From Candidatus Eiseniibacteriota bacterium (GTDB lineage Bacteria > Eisenbacteria > RBG-16-71-46), in NCBI GenBank assembly GCA_044223005.1, contig JBGAML010000009.1:110785-174784 (forward strand): a stretch of DNA of 64,000 nt. The letters are read 5' to 3'. How positions within the stretch are numbered: the stretch's first letter is position 1; the number at the start of each line of letters is the position of its first letter. The position numbers and the translations under genes were made by a program. Below, in pieces: positions 21,521 to 30,897 of the stretch. The notes beneath the pieces are model-generated. The model saw nothing but the letters and a program-made list of their open reading frames with translations. It was not told the origin of the DNA and did no database searches.

Positions 21521-24500
21521 GCACGCGCGCGTCCGGGTCCACCACCAGGTGCTCGGGCGCGAACGCGCAGCGCAGGACCACCTCGCGCTGCTCGCCCGCG
21601 GCGAGCGTCACCGTGGTGCGCGCGTCCTTCCACGCGGCCGGCTTCGCTTCGCCGTGCGGGAAGCGCAGCCCGCGCGTCGCCGCGACTTCGATCGGCATGC
21701 GCCCTGTGCCCACGTTCTTGAGTTTCGCGCGCACGAGCCAGCCGTCGCCGTCGCGCGTCACGACCGCGTCGGAGAACTGGTACTGCGGCACCACGACGCT
21801 CTCGAACCACTGGTGCACGACGGTGTCGAAGCCCGTGGTGTCCGCGGCGTGCTCGCGCATGATCGCGAGGTAGTCGTGCAGCACGGCGTGGTCGCGGCTG
21901 TCGCGGTAGCGCTCGAGGTAGTCGCGCTGCGCGGCCAGCCCGCGCTCGCGGCCCATCTGCTGGAACAGCATCCAGAGCGCGAAGCCGCCCTTGTCGTAGA
22001 TGATCCGTGAATCCCCCGGCAGCTCGCCGTTGATCTGCGTGAGCGGCCGCTCGGAGTCCGCGCGGCGCGTGCGCGAGTAGCGCTCCTCGATGTTCCGGCA
22101 GAACGCGATCCGCTGTTCGAGCCCCTTCACCTGCTCGGTGAGCAGGATCGTCGAGAAGTGCGCCATGCCTTCGGACAGCACGTCGCCGCCGGGACCGCGG
22201 CCCATCATGGCGATGTTGGGCCACCACTGGTGCGCCGACTCGTGCGCGGTCACCCAGAAGGCCGCGTTCGCCTCCGGCTTGCTGCGCGTGAGGAAGCCGA
22301 TGCCCTCGGAGAACGTGATGTTGCCCGGCGAGCCCTGGGCGTAGCCCGCGAGCCCGGCGAACTCCGACAGCCGCAGTTCCTTCCACGGGAACGGTGCGAA
22401 CCATTCGCCGTAGAAGCGGCGCGCACCCTCGAGCGCCTGCAGCATCTCGTCGACGTTGTACGGGTGGCGCGGGTCGTAGTAGACCGCGACGCCGTCGCCG
22501 CGCTTCACCTTCCAGCGTCCGGCGACGACGTTCCAGATGCGCACCGGGTGGTCGCTGCGCCACTCGGTGACGCGGTCCTTGCCGTGCACGACGTCGCTCA
22601 CGCACACGCCGGTGGCGTTCACCTGCAGGTCGGCCGGGACGGTGATGCGCAGGTGCGTGCCGAGCCAGCTCTCGGCCATCGGCAGGCCGGCGGGCGTGTC
22701 GCCCTTCCAGAAGTCGGCCGCGTACTCCTGCGGATCCTGCTGGTTCTTCTCGTCCTCGACGCCCACGTCGGGCGCGTAGCCGAGGTAGGGTGCGAGGTTG
22801 GTGCCGCTGAAGCCGGTGAGCACGATGCTGGACGGCAGCACGAACTCCATCCGCCCGCCGCCGTTGCGGCTCACGCCCTGCGGCACGCTGGCTTCGAACG
22901 ACCAGCCGATGCGGGCCGTGTCGCCCACGGCGAGCGGCGGATCGAACGCGAAGACCTCGAGCCCGGCGCGATCCTCGGGCTTCGCGGGCCTGCCGTCGAG
23001 CGTCCACGAGATCTTGCGCCACTCGAGCCCCTGGCTCATCGGGATGCGTGCGAGCGGGCCGTCCGTGCGGTTCACGAGCGTATAGGTGCCGCGGCTCGCC
23101 ACGCCGCGCGTCGCGGGCGAGAGGCGGATGTCGGCGTCGACGTACACGGCCGAGGGCAGGGGCACGTCGCGGTACGTGAGCGAGTTCTTGCGCCAGTAGT
23201 CGTGCGCCTTCTTGCGCATGGCCGCGCTCTCCCAGCCCTGCGACACCTGGAGCGCCAGCGCGATGCCGGCCGCGAGCGGCAGGATCGCCCACGGCAGCAT
23301 GGCGAGCGCCGAGCGGCCGATCGCGCCGGGCGCGAGCCGCTGCAGGTTCCGCGTCGCGTCCCGCTCGCGGCGGGCGAACGCCCGCAGCGCGACGACCACG
23401 AAGAACGCCGCGAGGCCCAGCGCGAGCACGCGGTTGAGCGCGAGCGGCAGCGCGTCCAGCTGGAACGGCGCGATGTCCGTCCAGCGCGTCGCGCTCCAGA
23501 GGTCCCAGTTGCCGACCCAGTTCAGCTTGCCGCGCATCTGCAGCCAGCCCGTGAGGCTCATGGCGCCGAGGCCGATGCTGTAGGTGACGAAACGGTTGCC
23601 GGCGATCGCGTACGACGCCGAGACGAACGCCGTCCACAGCAGGAACGTGGGGATCAGCAGCAGGCCCCAGAGCATCGCGAACGGACCGACGGAGAACGGC
23701 ACGGTGTGCTGGAATGCCAGCACGACCGCGCTGCCGAGCATCGCGGCGACGAGGATCGCGGCGCCGAGCACGGCGTTGGCGAGCGACTTGCCGAGCAGCA
23801 GCGCTCCCGTGCTCACGGGCGTGGACCACGCGATCGAGCCGAAGCCCGCGCTGGCTTCGCGCTGCAGCGATTCGGTGGTGTAGAAGAGGATGAGCATGCA
23901 GACGAGCAGCGTGAGCGTGTTCATGTCGCTCGAGGCGAGCGCGCCCGGCGTCTGCAGCAGCGGCGTGTCGAAGGCGCCCACCTGCACGACGCCGGCGAGC
24001 ACCTGCACGAGGATGAGCGGCACGAAGAGGTAGAGACCGGGGTGGCGGCCGAGCAGCTTGATCTCGGCCGCGACCACGTGCCCGACGCTGGCGAGGAACG
24101 TGGGCCGTCCGGACCGCATGCCGAGCGGGACGAGCCCGGCGGGCTCCGTCCGCTCCGCGGACACGGCGGGTGCCGCGGCCGCGCGCGCGACGTCGGCCGG
24201 CCGGACACGCGCGCCGCGAAGCCGGGCCGCGACCGCCCCGGTCGTGGCCGCGACGGCGCCGAGGCCGACGGCGGCCGCGAGCAGGCGCTGCGCGAGGAAG
24301 AGCAGGTCCGGCGTCACGTGGGCGTGGTTGTAGAAATCCACGCCGCGGTCGACGTTGAGGTAGTTCTCCTTGAGCCAGCGCAGCCCCGTCAGGTCCACGA
24401 ACTGGAGCAGGCGGTTGACGGAGGGCGACAGCCACTCGGGCGACCACTCCCACAGGAACCCGATCCCGAGCACGAGCACGACGATCGGGAGCGAGAAGAC

Positions 24501-25061
24501 GAGCACCGGCTGGCGCGTGAAGCCGCCGATCGCGAAGCAGGCGCCGGTGTACAGCAGGAGCGACGGCAGCCCGAAGAGGAGCAGCGGGCGCAGGTAGGCG
24601 CTCCAGCGCAGCGGCCCGAGGAACTCGGCATTGGTGCCGTGGGGCACCGCGTGATTGAAGAAGAGCTCCATCGCCAGCTGGGCCAGGAGCACGACGCCGA
24701 ACGTGAGGAGCACCGCGAGATACTTGCCCCACACGTATTCGCGCACGCTGAGCCGCGTCGAGTGCAGGATCTCGCCGACCTTGAGTTCCTCGTCGCGGAT
24801 CAGGCTCATGCCGGCCACGACCGAGATGAAGAACACCTGGATCGTCGCCATCATGAGCACGAGCAGCTGCGAGTTGGCGAACTCGGAGTTGATCCACGCC
24901 TTGGATCCGCCGACGCGGGCGTCCCCGGAGCCGATCTGCGCGTGTCCGCTGGCGAGCGCCGAGGCCATGAGGCCCAGGATCAGCAGCAGGAACCAGAACG
25001 TGGGGCGCTTCAGGTGGTGCGCGAGGTCGCGCGAGGCGACTTCCCAGGTGCGCCCGTTCAC
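21456..25061 (-). CDS. ABC-2 type permease (duplicated) fused to an M1-family aminopeptidase
   Basis: Two multi-TM blocks (WGKYL, LLGKSL), then GYAQGS, HESAHQWW, SEGMAHF and IYDKG (gluzincin motifs). GTG start overlaps the ATPase stop. Confidence 0.88.
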   Translation of the reverse strand: MNGRTWEVASRDLAHHLKRPTFWFLLLILGLMASALASGHAQIGSGDARVGGSKAWINSEFANSQLLVLMMATIQVFFISVVAGMSLIRDEELKVGEILHSTRLSVREYVWGKYLAVLLTFGVVLLAQLAMELFFNHAVPHGTNAEFLGPLRWSAYLRPLLLFGLPSLLLYTGACFAIGGFTRQPVLVFSLPIVVLVLGIGFLWEWSPEWLSPSVNRLLQFVDLTGLRWLKENYLNVDRGVDFYNHAHVTPDLLFLAQRLLAAAVGLGAVAATTGAVAARLRGARVRPADVARAAAAPAVSAERTEPAGLVPLGMRSGRPTFLASVGHVVAAEIKLLGRHPGLYLFVPLILVQVLAGVVQVGAFDTPLLQTPGALASSDMNTLTLLVCMLILFYTTESLQREASAGFGSIAWSTPVSTGALLLGKSLANAVLGAAILVAAMLGSAVVLAFQHTVPFSVGPFAMLWGLLLIPTFLLWTAFVSASYAIAGNRFVTYSIGLGAMSLTGWLQMRGKLNWVGNWDLWSATRWTDIAPFQLDALPLALNRVLALGLAAFFVVVALRAFARRERDATRNLQRLAPGAIGRSALAMLPWAILPLAAGIALALQVSQGWESAAMRKKAHDYWRKNSLTYRDVPLPSAVYVDADIRLSPATRGVASRGTYTLVNRTDGPLARIPMSQGLEWRKISWTLDGRPAKPEDRAGLEVFAFDPPLAVGDTARIGWSFEASVPQGVSRNGGGRMEFVLPSSIVLTGFSGTNLAPYLGYAPDVGVEDEKNQQDPQEYAADFWKGDTPAGLPMAESWLGTHLRITVPADLQVNATGVCVSDVVHGKDRVTEWRSDHPVRIWNVVAGRWKVKRGDGVAVYYDPRHPYNVDEMLQALEGARRFYGEWFAPFPWKELRLSEFAGLAGYAQGSPGNITFSEGIGFLTRSKPEANAAFWVTAHESAHQWWPNIAMMGRGPGGDVLSEGMAHFSTILLTEQVKGLEQRIAFCRNIEERYSRTRRADSERPLTQINGELPGDSRIIYDKGGFALWMLFQQMGRERGLAAQRDYLERYRDSRDHAVLHDYLAIMREHAADTTGFDTVVHQWFESVVVPQYQFSDAVVTRDGDGWLVRAKLKNVGTGRMPIEVAATRGLRFPHGEAKPAAWKDARTTVTLAAGEQREVVLRCAFAPEHLVVDPDARVLMLERKKADVPLRAPGAPAKS

Positions 25062-25969
25062 GGCCGCGCTCCGGCGGTGGCGGGTGCGTTCGCGGCGGCG
25101 TCACCGGATCGCATGAACACGAGGTAGGCGTCCTCGAGCGACGGCGAGACGGGTTCGAAGCCCTCCGGCGGCGGCGCGCCGGGGGAGTGGACGCGCACGC
25201 GGTGGCGGCCCTCGACGAGCAGCGCCTGCGTCACGGTGCGCTCGCGGCGGAGCGCCGGCAGGTCGGCCGCGCCCACGCTGCCCTCGTAGATCGATCCCGC
25301 GAGCGCCTCGCGCGCCTCGCGCGGGGTCGTGGTGGCGACGAGCCGCCCGGAGCGGATCACCGCGAAGCGCGGGCAGAGCACGGCGACGTCCTCGACGATG
25401 TGCGTCGACAGCACGACGGTTCGCTTCTCGGCGAGCTCGGCGAGCAGGTGGTAGAACCGCAGGCGTTCCTCGGGATCGAGGCCGGCGGTGGGCTCGTCGA
25501 CGATCACGAGCCGCGGGTCGCCGGCGATCGCCTGCGCGATCCCGAGCCGCTGCCGCATGCCGCCCGAGTAGCTGCGCACGGGGCGCTTCGCGGCGAAGGA
25601 CAGGTTCACGCGCTCCAGCAGCTCGCGCGCGAGGCCCTTGAGGCCGCCCGGCGCGCTCACGCCCTTCAGTCGCAGCAGGTGCAGCAGCATCTGCTCGCCG
25701 GTCAGGTGCGGGTAGAACCCGAAGTCCTGGGGCAGGTAGCCCAGCCGCTCGCGCAGCCAGCCCGGGTTCGCGATCACGTCCTGGCCGTCGATCTTCACCG
25801 AGCCCGAGGTGGGTTCGAGCAGTCCGGCGAGGATGCGCATGAACGTCGACTTGCCCGCGCCGTTGGGGCCGAGCAGGCCGAACATGCCCACCGGGATGTC
25901 GAGGTCCACGCCCTGCAGGGCGGCGACGGGTCCGGGGTAGATCTTCACCAGGCTGCGGATCTCGAGCAT
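25058..25969 (-). CDS. ABC transporter ATP-binding protein
   Basis: GPNGAGKST, YSGGMRQR, IVDEPTAGLD, STH and SLEDAYL. Confidence 0.95.
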   Translation of the reverse strand: MLEIRSLVKIYPGPVAALQGVDLDIPVGMFGLLGPNGAGKSTFMRILAGLLEPTSGSVKIDGQDVIANPGWLRERLGYLPQDFGFYPHLTGEQMLLHLLRLKGVSAPGGLKGLARELLERVNLSFAAKRPVRSYSGGMRQRLGIAQAIAGDPRLVIVDEPTAGLDPEERLRFYHLLAELAEKRTVVLSTHIVEDVAVLCPRFAVIRSGRLVATTTPREAREALAGSIYEGSVGAADLPALRRERTVTQALLVEGRHRVRVHSPGAPPPEGFEPVSPSLEDAYLVFMRSGDAAANAPATAGARP

Positions 25970-26025
25970 GGGACGGCCTCGCGGGGTCGGGGTGAATGCC
26001 GTGACGGTTCGATGGGTCGGAACGG

Positions 26026-26053
26026 TTTACGCCGTACTGTCATCTCGGGTTGC
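26026..26053 (-). promoter_or_regulatory. Possible ECF-sigma promoter of the ABC/M1 operon
   Basis: Minus strand reads GCAACC-N16-CGTAAA (AAC...CGT pattern). Confidence 0.3.
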
Positions 26054-26145
26054 AGCCTGCGCGTGCCGAACGGGCATGCCCACCCCTGGCCGCCCATCGC
26101 GGGCGCACGGCGGACCGGCGCCCGGAAGCGCGGGGAGAACGCGAA

Positions 26146-26176
26146 ACGGCCCGGCGTGCGGGGCACGCCGGGCCGT
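26146..26176 (-). terminator. Intrinsic terminator after the nucleotide-sugar dehydrogenase
   Basis: 14-bp inverted repeat ACGGCCCGGCGTGC/GCACGCCGGGCCGT, followed by TTCGCGTTCT on the minus strand. Confidence 0.7.
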
Positions 26177-26192
26177 CGGTGCGTCGGGTCCG

Positions 26193-27524
26193 CTACAGCC
26201 GGACGATCTTCTTGGAGCGCTTGCCGCGGAGCGCGTTGCGGGTGTCGACGACGGCCTTCGACCACGCGAGGACCTTGCCGTAGTCGAACGTCTTGTGCGC
26301 CGTCGCGATCACGGCGCAGTCGTACTTGCGCAGGCTCGCGGCCGTGAACGGCACGCTCTTCAGGACGCCGTTGCCGAACCGGATGCTCTTCACGAACGGG
26401 TCGCAGTACTCGATCTTGGCGCCGCGCTCGCGCAGCTTCTCCATGATGTCGAGCGACGGGCTCTCGCGCACGTCGTCGATGTCGGCCTTGTACGCCACGC
26501 CCAGCACCAGCACCTTCGAGCCGCGGAGCGCCTTGCCCGACTGGTTCAGCGCGTCCACCGTCAGCTCGACGACGTGCTCGGGCATGTGGCCGTTGACGTG
26601 CCCGGCCAGCTCGATGAAGCGCGCCTCGAAGCCGCTCGCACGCGCCTTCCACGACAGGTAGAAGGGATCGATCGGGATGCAGTGACCGCCCAGGCCGGGG
26701 CCGGGGTAGAAGGGCATGAAGCCGAACGGCTTGGTGGCCGCGGCCGAGATGACCTCCCAGACGTCGATGTGCATGCGCTTGCACATGAGCGCCAGCTCGT
26801 TCACGAGCCCGATGTTGACGCTGCGGAAGGTGTTCTCGAGCAGCTTCACCATCTCGGCGACCTGCGTCGAGGAGACGGGGACGACCTTCTCGAGCCGCTG
26901 CTCGTAGAGCTTCACCGCGACGCGCGTGCACTCGGGCGTCACGCCGCCGACGACCTTGGGAATGTTGCGGGTCTGGAAGTGCGGGTTGCCCGGATCGACG
27001 CGCTCGGGCGAGAAGGCGAGGAAGAAGTCCTTGCCGACCTCGAAGCCGTTCTTCGAGAGCATCGGCAGCAGGAGCTCGTCGGTCGTGCCGGGGTAGGTGG
27101 TGCTCTCGAGGATGACGAGCGTGCCGCGGTGCAGGTACTTCTGCACCTGCTCGGCGGCGGCCACGATGTAGGAGACGTCGGGGTCCCGCTGCTTGCTCAG
27201 CGGCGTCGGGACGCAGATGTTGACGGTGTCGCACTTGCGCAGCACCGAGAAGTCGGTGCTGGCATGCAGGCGGCCCTGGCGCACGAGCGCGCGGACGTCG
27301 GCGGTCGGCACGTCCTGGATGTAGGACTTGCCCTGCTGGAGCTGCTTCACGCGGGCTTCGTCGATGTCGACGCCGAACACCTCGAATCCGGCCTGGGCCA
27401 GTTCGACGGCGAGGGGCAGGCCGACGTACCCCAGCCCGATGACGCCGAGCCGGGCGGTGCGATTGTCGAGGCGGGCGACGAGAGTGTCGGCCGCGGAGCG
27501 GGTGCTGCGGCGGTTCTGGGTCAT
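26193..27524 (-). CDS. UDP-N-acetylhexosamine 6-dehydrogenase (WbpA/WecC-type nucleotide sugar dehydrogenase)
   Basis: GLGYVGLP, CVPTP, ESTTYPGTT, SPERVDPG, KLLENTFR, GPGLGGHCIPID and DVRESP. Confidence 0.92.
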   Translation of the reverse strand: MTQNRRSTRSAADTLVARLDNRTARLGVIGLGYVGLPLAVELAQAGFEVFGVDIDEARVKQLQQGKSYIQDVPTADVRALVRQGRLHASTDFSVLRKCDTVNICVPTPLSKQRDPDVSYIVAAAEQVQKYLHRGTLVILESTTYPGTTDELLLPMLSKNGFEVGKDFFLAFSPERVDPGNPHFQTRNIPKVVGGVTPECTRVAVKLYEQRLEKVVPVSSTQVAEMVKLLENTFRSVNIGLVNELALMCKRMHIDVWEVISAAATKPFGFMPFYPGPGLGGHCIPIDPFYLSWKARASGFEARFIELAGHVNGHMPEHVVELTVDALNQSGKALRGSKVLVLGVAYKADIDDVRESPSLDIMEKLRERGAKIEYCDPFVKSIRFGNGVLKSVPFTAASLRKYDCAVIATAHKTFDYGKVLAWSKAVVDTRNALRGKRSKKIVRL

Positions 27525-27669
27525 GGTGGAGGCAAGCTAGCAAGGGCCTGTCGGGAGCGTCAAACCTCGTCCCCCTTGGCGGAAAACGGCCTCCAACGCG
27601 GCCCCTGCGCGCGTTTTGGGCCCTTTTCCCGCTTGACCGGGGGCGGTCGCCATCGGATATCGTTATCGG

Positions 27670-27800
27670 CCGAGAGGCGTCCTGTCTTCGCCGTGCATCC
27701 GCGCTCCCCGACACCCCGTGATAGCGAAGTGGACGTGCCATCGTTTCCGGGGTACCACCGAGGTCCGCGTCACGCGTCCGACGGGTGCCTCCATTTTTTT
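27670..27800 (+). ncRNA. Candidate stand-alone structured ncRNA, family unassigned
   Basis: Upstream TTGACC...TATCGT; 5' GAGGCGTCC pairs with 3' GGGTGCCTC; inner ACCCCG/CGGGGT; ends in a T7 run. Confidence 0.5.
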
Positions 27801-27832
27801 GCGCCGGCATTTGTGGCTATGCTGTCGTTCCA

Positions 27833-28636
27833 TTGACCCCCGCCGACCCGCCCGCCCTGCTCGCCCGCTACCGTGCCCGAGACGAGGTCCACCACGGCCT
27901 CCTCGAGGGCTCGCGCCTGCGCCGGCTCGGAGCCCCGCCCTGGGCCGGGGGGGCCCCCACGGGTGATCTGGACGAGGTGTCCGGGGTGGCCTGGCTGCCG
28001 CCCTGCGTGCCCACCAAGATCGTCTGCGTGGGCCTGAACTACGTCGAGCACGTGCGCGAGAGCCTCACGGTGACGCCGGAGCATCGCGAGGTGCCGCCCG
28101 AGCCGCTGCTGTTCCTCAAGCCGCCGAGTGCCGCGCTCGCGACCGGCGGGAGCATCCGCCTGCCGGAGGGCGTGACGCGCATGGACCCCGAGGGCGAAAT
28201 GGCGCTGGTGATCGGCCGCCGCGCCTCGCACGTGCCCGAGTCCGAGGCGCTCCGGTACGTGGCGGGCGTCACCGCGTTCAACGACGTCTCGGCGCGCAAC
28301 TACCAGAAGACCGACGGGCAGTGGGCGCGCGCGAAGGGCTTCGACACGTTCGCGCCGTTCGGGCCCGTGATCGCGCTCGGTGTCTCGCCGGACGACCTCG
28401 CGCTCGAGCTGCGCGTGAACGGCGAGGTGCGCCAGCGCGCGCGCACGTCGGCGATGCACTACCGGCCCGCGTTCCTCGTCGCGCACATCTCGCGCATCAT
28501 GACGCTGGAGCCCGGGGACGTGATCGCGACGGGCACGCCGGCGGGCATCGCGCCGATCGTCCCGGGCGATCTCGTGGAAGTCGAACTGGAGGGCGTGGGC
28601 GTGCTCGCCAATCGTGTCGTGGGAGTGGACGCGTGA
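27833..28636 (+). CDS. Fumarylacetoacetate hydrolase family protein
   Basis: KIVCVGLNY, FLKP, EGEMALVIG, NDVSAR, RAKGFDTF and GDVIATGTP. Start uncertain: TTG 27833 lies 9 nt after TATGCT. Confidence 0.88.
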   Translation: MTPADPPALLARYRARDEVHHGLLEGSRLRRLGAPPWAGGAPTGDLDEVSGVAWLPPCVPTKIVCVGLNYVEHVRESLTVTPEHREVPPEPLLFLKPPSAALATGGSIRLPEGVTRMDPEGEMALVIGRRASHVPESEALRYVAGVTAFNDVSARNYQKTDGQWARAKGFDTFAPFGPVIALGVSPDDLALELRVNGEVRQRARTSAMHYRPAFLVAHISRIMTLEPGDVIATGTPAGIAPIVPGDLVEVELEGVGVLANRVVGVDA

Positions 28637-30276
28637 GCGCGGCGAACGACCGGCCGCTGCTCGTCACCGGCGCGCGGCTCTGGCCCGCGGCCCGCTGGGC
28701 CGGCGCCGACGCGGTGTTCGTGCGCGGCGGCCGCATCTCGGCCGTCGGGCGCGCGCGCGACCTGCTCGCCGCCGTGCCGGGCGCGCCGCGGATCGACGCG
28801 CGCGGCGCCACGGTGACGCCGGGGCTGACCGATGCGCACCTGCACTTCGTTCCGTGGGCGCAGGGGCGCCGGCAGCCGGACCTGATCGGCGCCGCGACCC
28901 GGGCCGAGGCGCTGGAGCGCGTGCGTGCCGCGTTGGCGGCAAGTGCGGACGACGCGCCGCTGCTCGGCCGCGGCTGGGACGAGATGGGGTGGGAGGCACG
29001 CCCGGATCGCGCGGCGCTCGACGCGCTCGCGCCCGTGCGCCCGGTCCTGCTGCACAGCCACGATTTCCATTCGCTGTGGGTGAACGGCGCCGCGCTGCGA
29101 GCGGCCGGCGTGACGCGCGAGACGCCCGATCCGCCCGGCGGGCGGTTCGAGCGCGACGCGGCGGGCGAGCCGACCGGCGTCGTGCGCGAGAACGCGGTGC
29201 CGTGCTTCGCGGCGCTCGCCGGCCAGGCGGGCCCCGCGATCGACGCCGAGCTGCTCGACGACGGCGCGGCGGAGCTGCACGCGGCCGGCGTCACCTCGGT
29301 GCACGACTACCAGCGCAACGCGACGGACCTGGCGCGCATGCGCGCGCTGGCCGCGCGCCGCCGGCTGCGCGTGCTGCAGCACGTCGGCCCCGAGCAGATG
29401 GACGCGCTCGTGTCCGCGGGGCTGGCGAGTGGCGTGGGCGACGCGTGGTTCCGGATCGGCTCGCTCAAGCTGTTCGCCGACGGCGCGCTGGGTTCGCGCA
29501 CCGCCGCGCTGCTCGAGCCCTACGACGACGGCCACGGCCTGGGCGTGGTGACGATCGAGCGCGACGAACTGCTCGCGCTCGTCACGCGCGCGGCGCGCGC
29601 GGGCTTCGCCGCGGCCATCCACGCGATCGGCGACCGCGCCGTGCGGCATGCACTGGACGCGTTCGAGGCCGCGCGGATCGCCGCGCACCCGACGCCGCTG
29701 CCGCCGCGCATCGAGCACGTGCAGCTGCTGCACCCGGACGACCTGCCGCGGTTCGCGGCGCTGGGCGTGGCGGCGAGCATGCAACCGTCGCACGCGACGT
29801 CCGACGCGTTCGCCGCGACCGCGGCGTGGGGCGCGCGCTGCGCGCTCGCATATCCATGGCGCAGCCTCGAGGCCCAGGGCGTCCGGCTGGCGTTCGGCTC
29901 CGACGCGCCGGTCGAGCCGCCGCGGCCGTGGGAGGGCCTGCACGCCGCGCTGACGCGGGTGCGCGCCGACGGCACGCCCGCCGGTGGCTTCGTGCCGGAG
30001 CAGTGCATCGGCATCGACGCCGCGCTCCGTGCGTACACCGAAGGTGCCGCCGTCCTCTCGGGACTCGCGGGCCAGCTGGGCACGCTCGAGCCGGGCGCCG
30101 AGGCCGATCTCGTCGTGTGGGACCGCGACCTGCACGCCACGCCGCCGGCCGAACTGCTGGCGGCGCGGCCGGCCGTCACGGTGCTCGGCGGCGAAATCGT
30201 GTATGTATCTCCGGACGCGGGGGCGGCGACGGGCGCGATGCCCGGCACCCCGCGGCCTCCACGCGATGGACGATGA
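28633..30276 (+). CDS. Amidohydrolase 3 (YtcJ-like) metallohydrolase
   Basis: PGLTDAHLH, KLFADGALGSRTA, IHAIGD, RIEHVQ, SMQPSH and FGSDAPV. Confidence 0.92.
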   Translation: MSAANDRPLLVTGARLWPAARWAGADAVFVRGGRISAVGRARDLLAAVPGAPRIDARGATVTPGLTDAHLHFVPWAQGRRQPDLIGAATRAEALERVRAALAASADDAPLLGRGWDEMGWEARPDRAALDALAPVRPVLLHSHDFHSLWVNGAALRAAGVTRETPDPPGGRFERDAAGEPTGVVRENAVPCFAALAGQAGPAIDAELLDDGAAELHAAGVTSVHDYQRNATDLARMRALAARRRLRVLQHVGPEQMDALVSAGLASGVGDAWFRIGSLKLFADGALGSRTAALLEPYDDGHGLGVVTIERDELLALVTRAARAGFAAAIHAIGDRAVRHALDAFEAARIAAHPTPLPPRIEHVQLLHPDDLPRFAALGVAASMQPSHATSDAFAATAAWGARCALAYPWRSLEAQGVRLAFGSDAPVEPPRPWEGLHAALTRVRADGTPAGGFVPEQCIGIDAALRAYTEGAAVLSGLAGQLGTLEPGAEADLVVWDRDLHATPPAELLAARPAVTVLGGEIVYVSPDAGAATGAMPGTPRPPRDGR

Positions 30277-30884
30277 CGATGCCGTACAGCGAACGACCGG
30301 ACGCGGAACTCGTACAGATCGCGCAGGGCGGTGAGCCCCGCGCGTTCGACGAGTTGGTGCGCCGGTACCAGGACAAGGTCTTCCGCCTCTGCTTCAAGAT
30401 CCTCCGGCACGAGGAGGACGCGGCCGAGGCGTTGCAGGACGCGTTCCTGTCGGCGTTCCGCGGGCTCAAGAACTTCAAGGCGGAGTCGACGTTCTCGACC
30501 TGGCTCTACCGCATCGCGACCAACGCCGCGCTCATGAAGTACCGCCGCCGCCGCGACGGGCACGTGTCCTACGAGCAGTCGCAGGGGGCGATCGAGGACG
30601 CCGAGCCGATGGCGATCGCGGACTGGTCCACGCAGCCGCTCGACGACCTGCTCGACGCCGAGACGCGCGAGATCCTGTCGCAGGAGGTCCAGCGCCTGCC
30701 GGACAACGAGCGCGAGGTGTTCGTGCTCCGCGACATCATGGAGCAGTCGAACGAGCAGGTCGCGCGCGAACTCGGGCTGACCGTGGCCGCGGTGAAGTCG
30801 CGCCTGCACCGGGCGCGCGTGCACCTGCGCGATCGCGTGAACCGCTACTTCAAGGACAAGCTGGCCCGCAAGCCGAAGTCCTGA
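30273..30884 (+). CDS. ECF sigma-70 factor
   Basis: Region 2 (LVRRYQ...DALQDAF-like, FSTWLYRIATN) and region 4 (AVKSRLHRAR). ATGA overlap with the amidohydrolase. Confidence 0.92.
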   Translation: MTMPYSERPDAELVQIAQGGEPRAFDELVRRYQDKVFRLCFKILRHEEDAAEALQDAFLSAFRGLKNFKAESTFSTWLYRIATNAALMKYRRRRDGHVSYEQSQGAIEDAEPMAIADWSTQPLDDLLDAETREILSQEVQRLPDNEREVFVLRDIMEQSNEQVARELGLTVAAVKSRLHRARVHLRDRVNRYFKDKLARKPKS

Positions 30885-30897
30885 GCGGCGGCGCGCC

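Noticed and set aside
27722..27741. Minus-strand TGGCACGTCCACTTCGC as a sigma54 promoter
   Set aside because: GG-to-GC spacing is 12 rather than the required 10, and it falls inside the candidate ncRNA.
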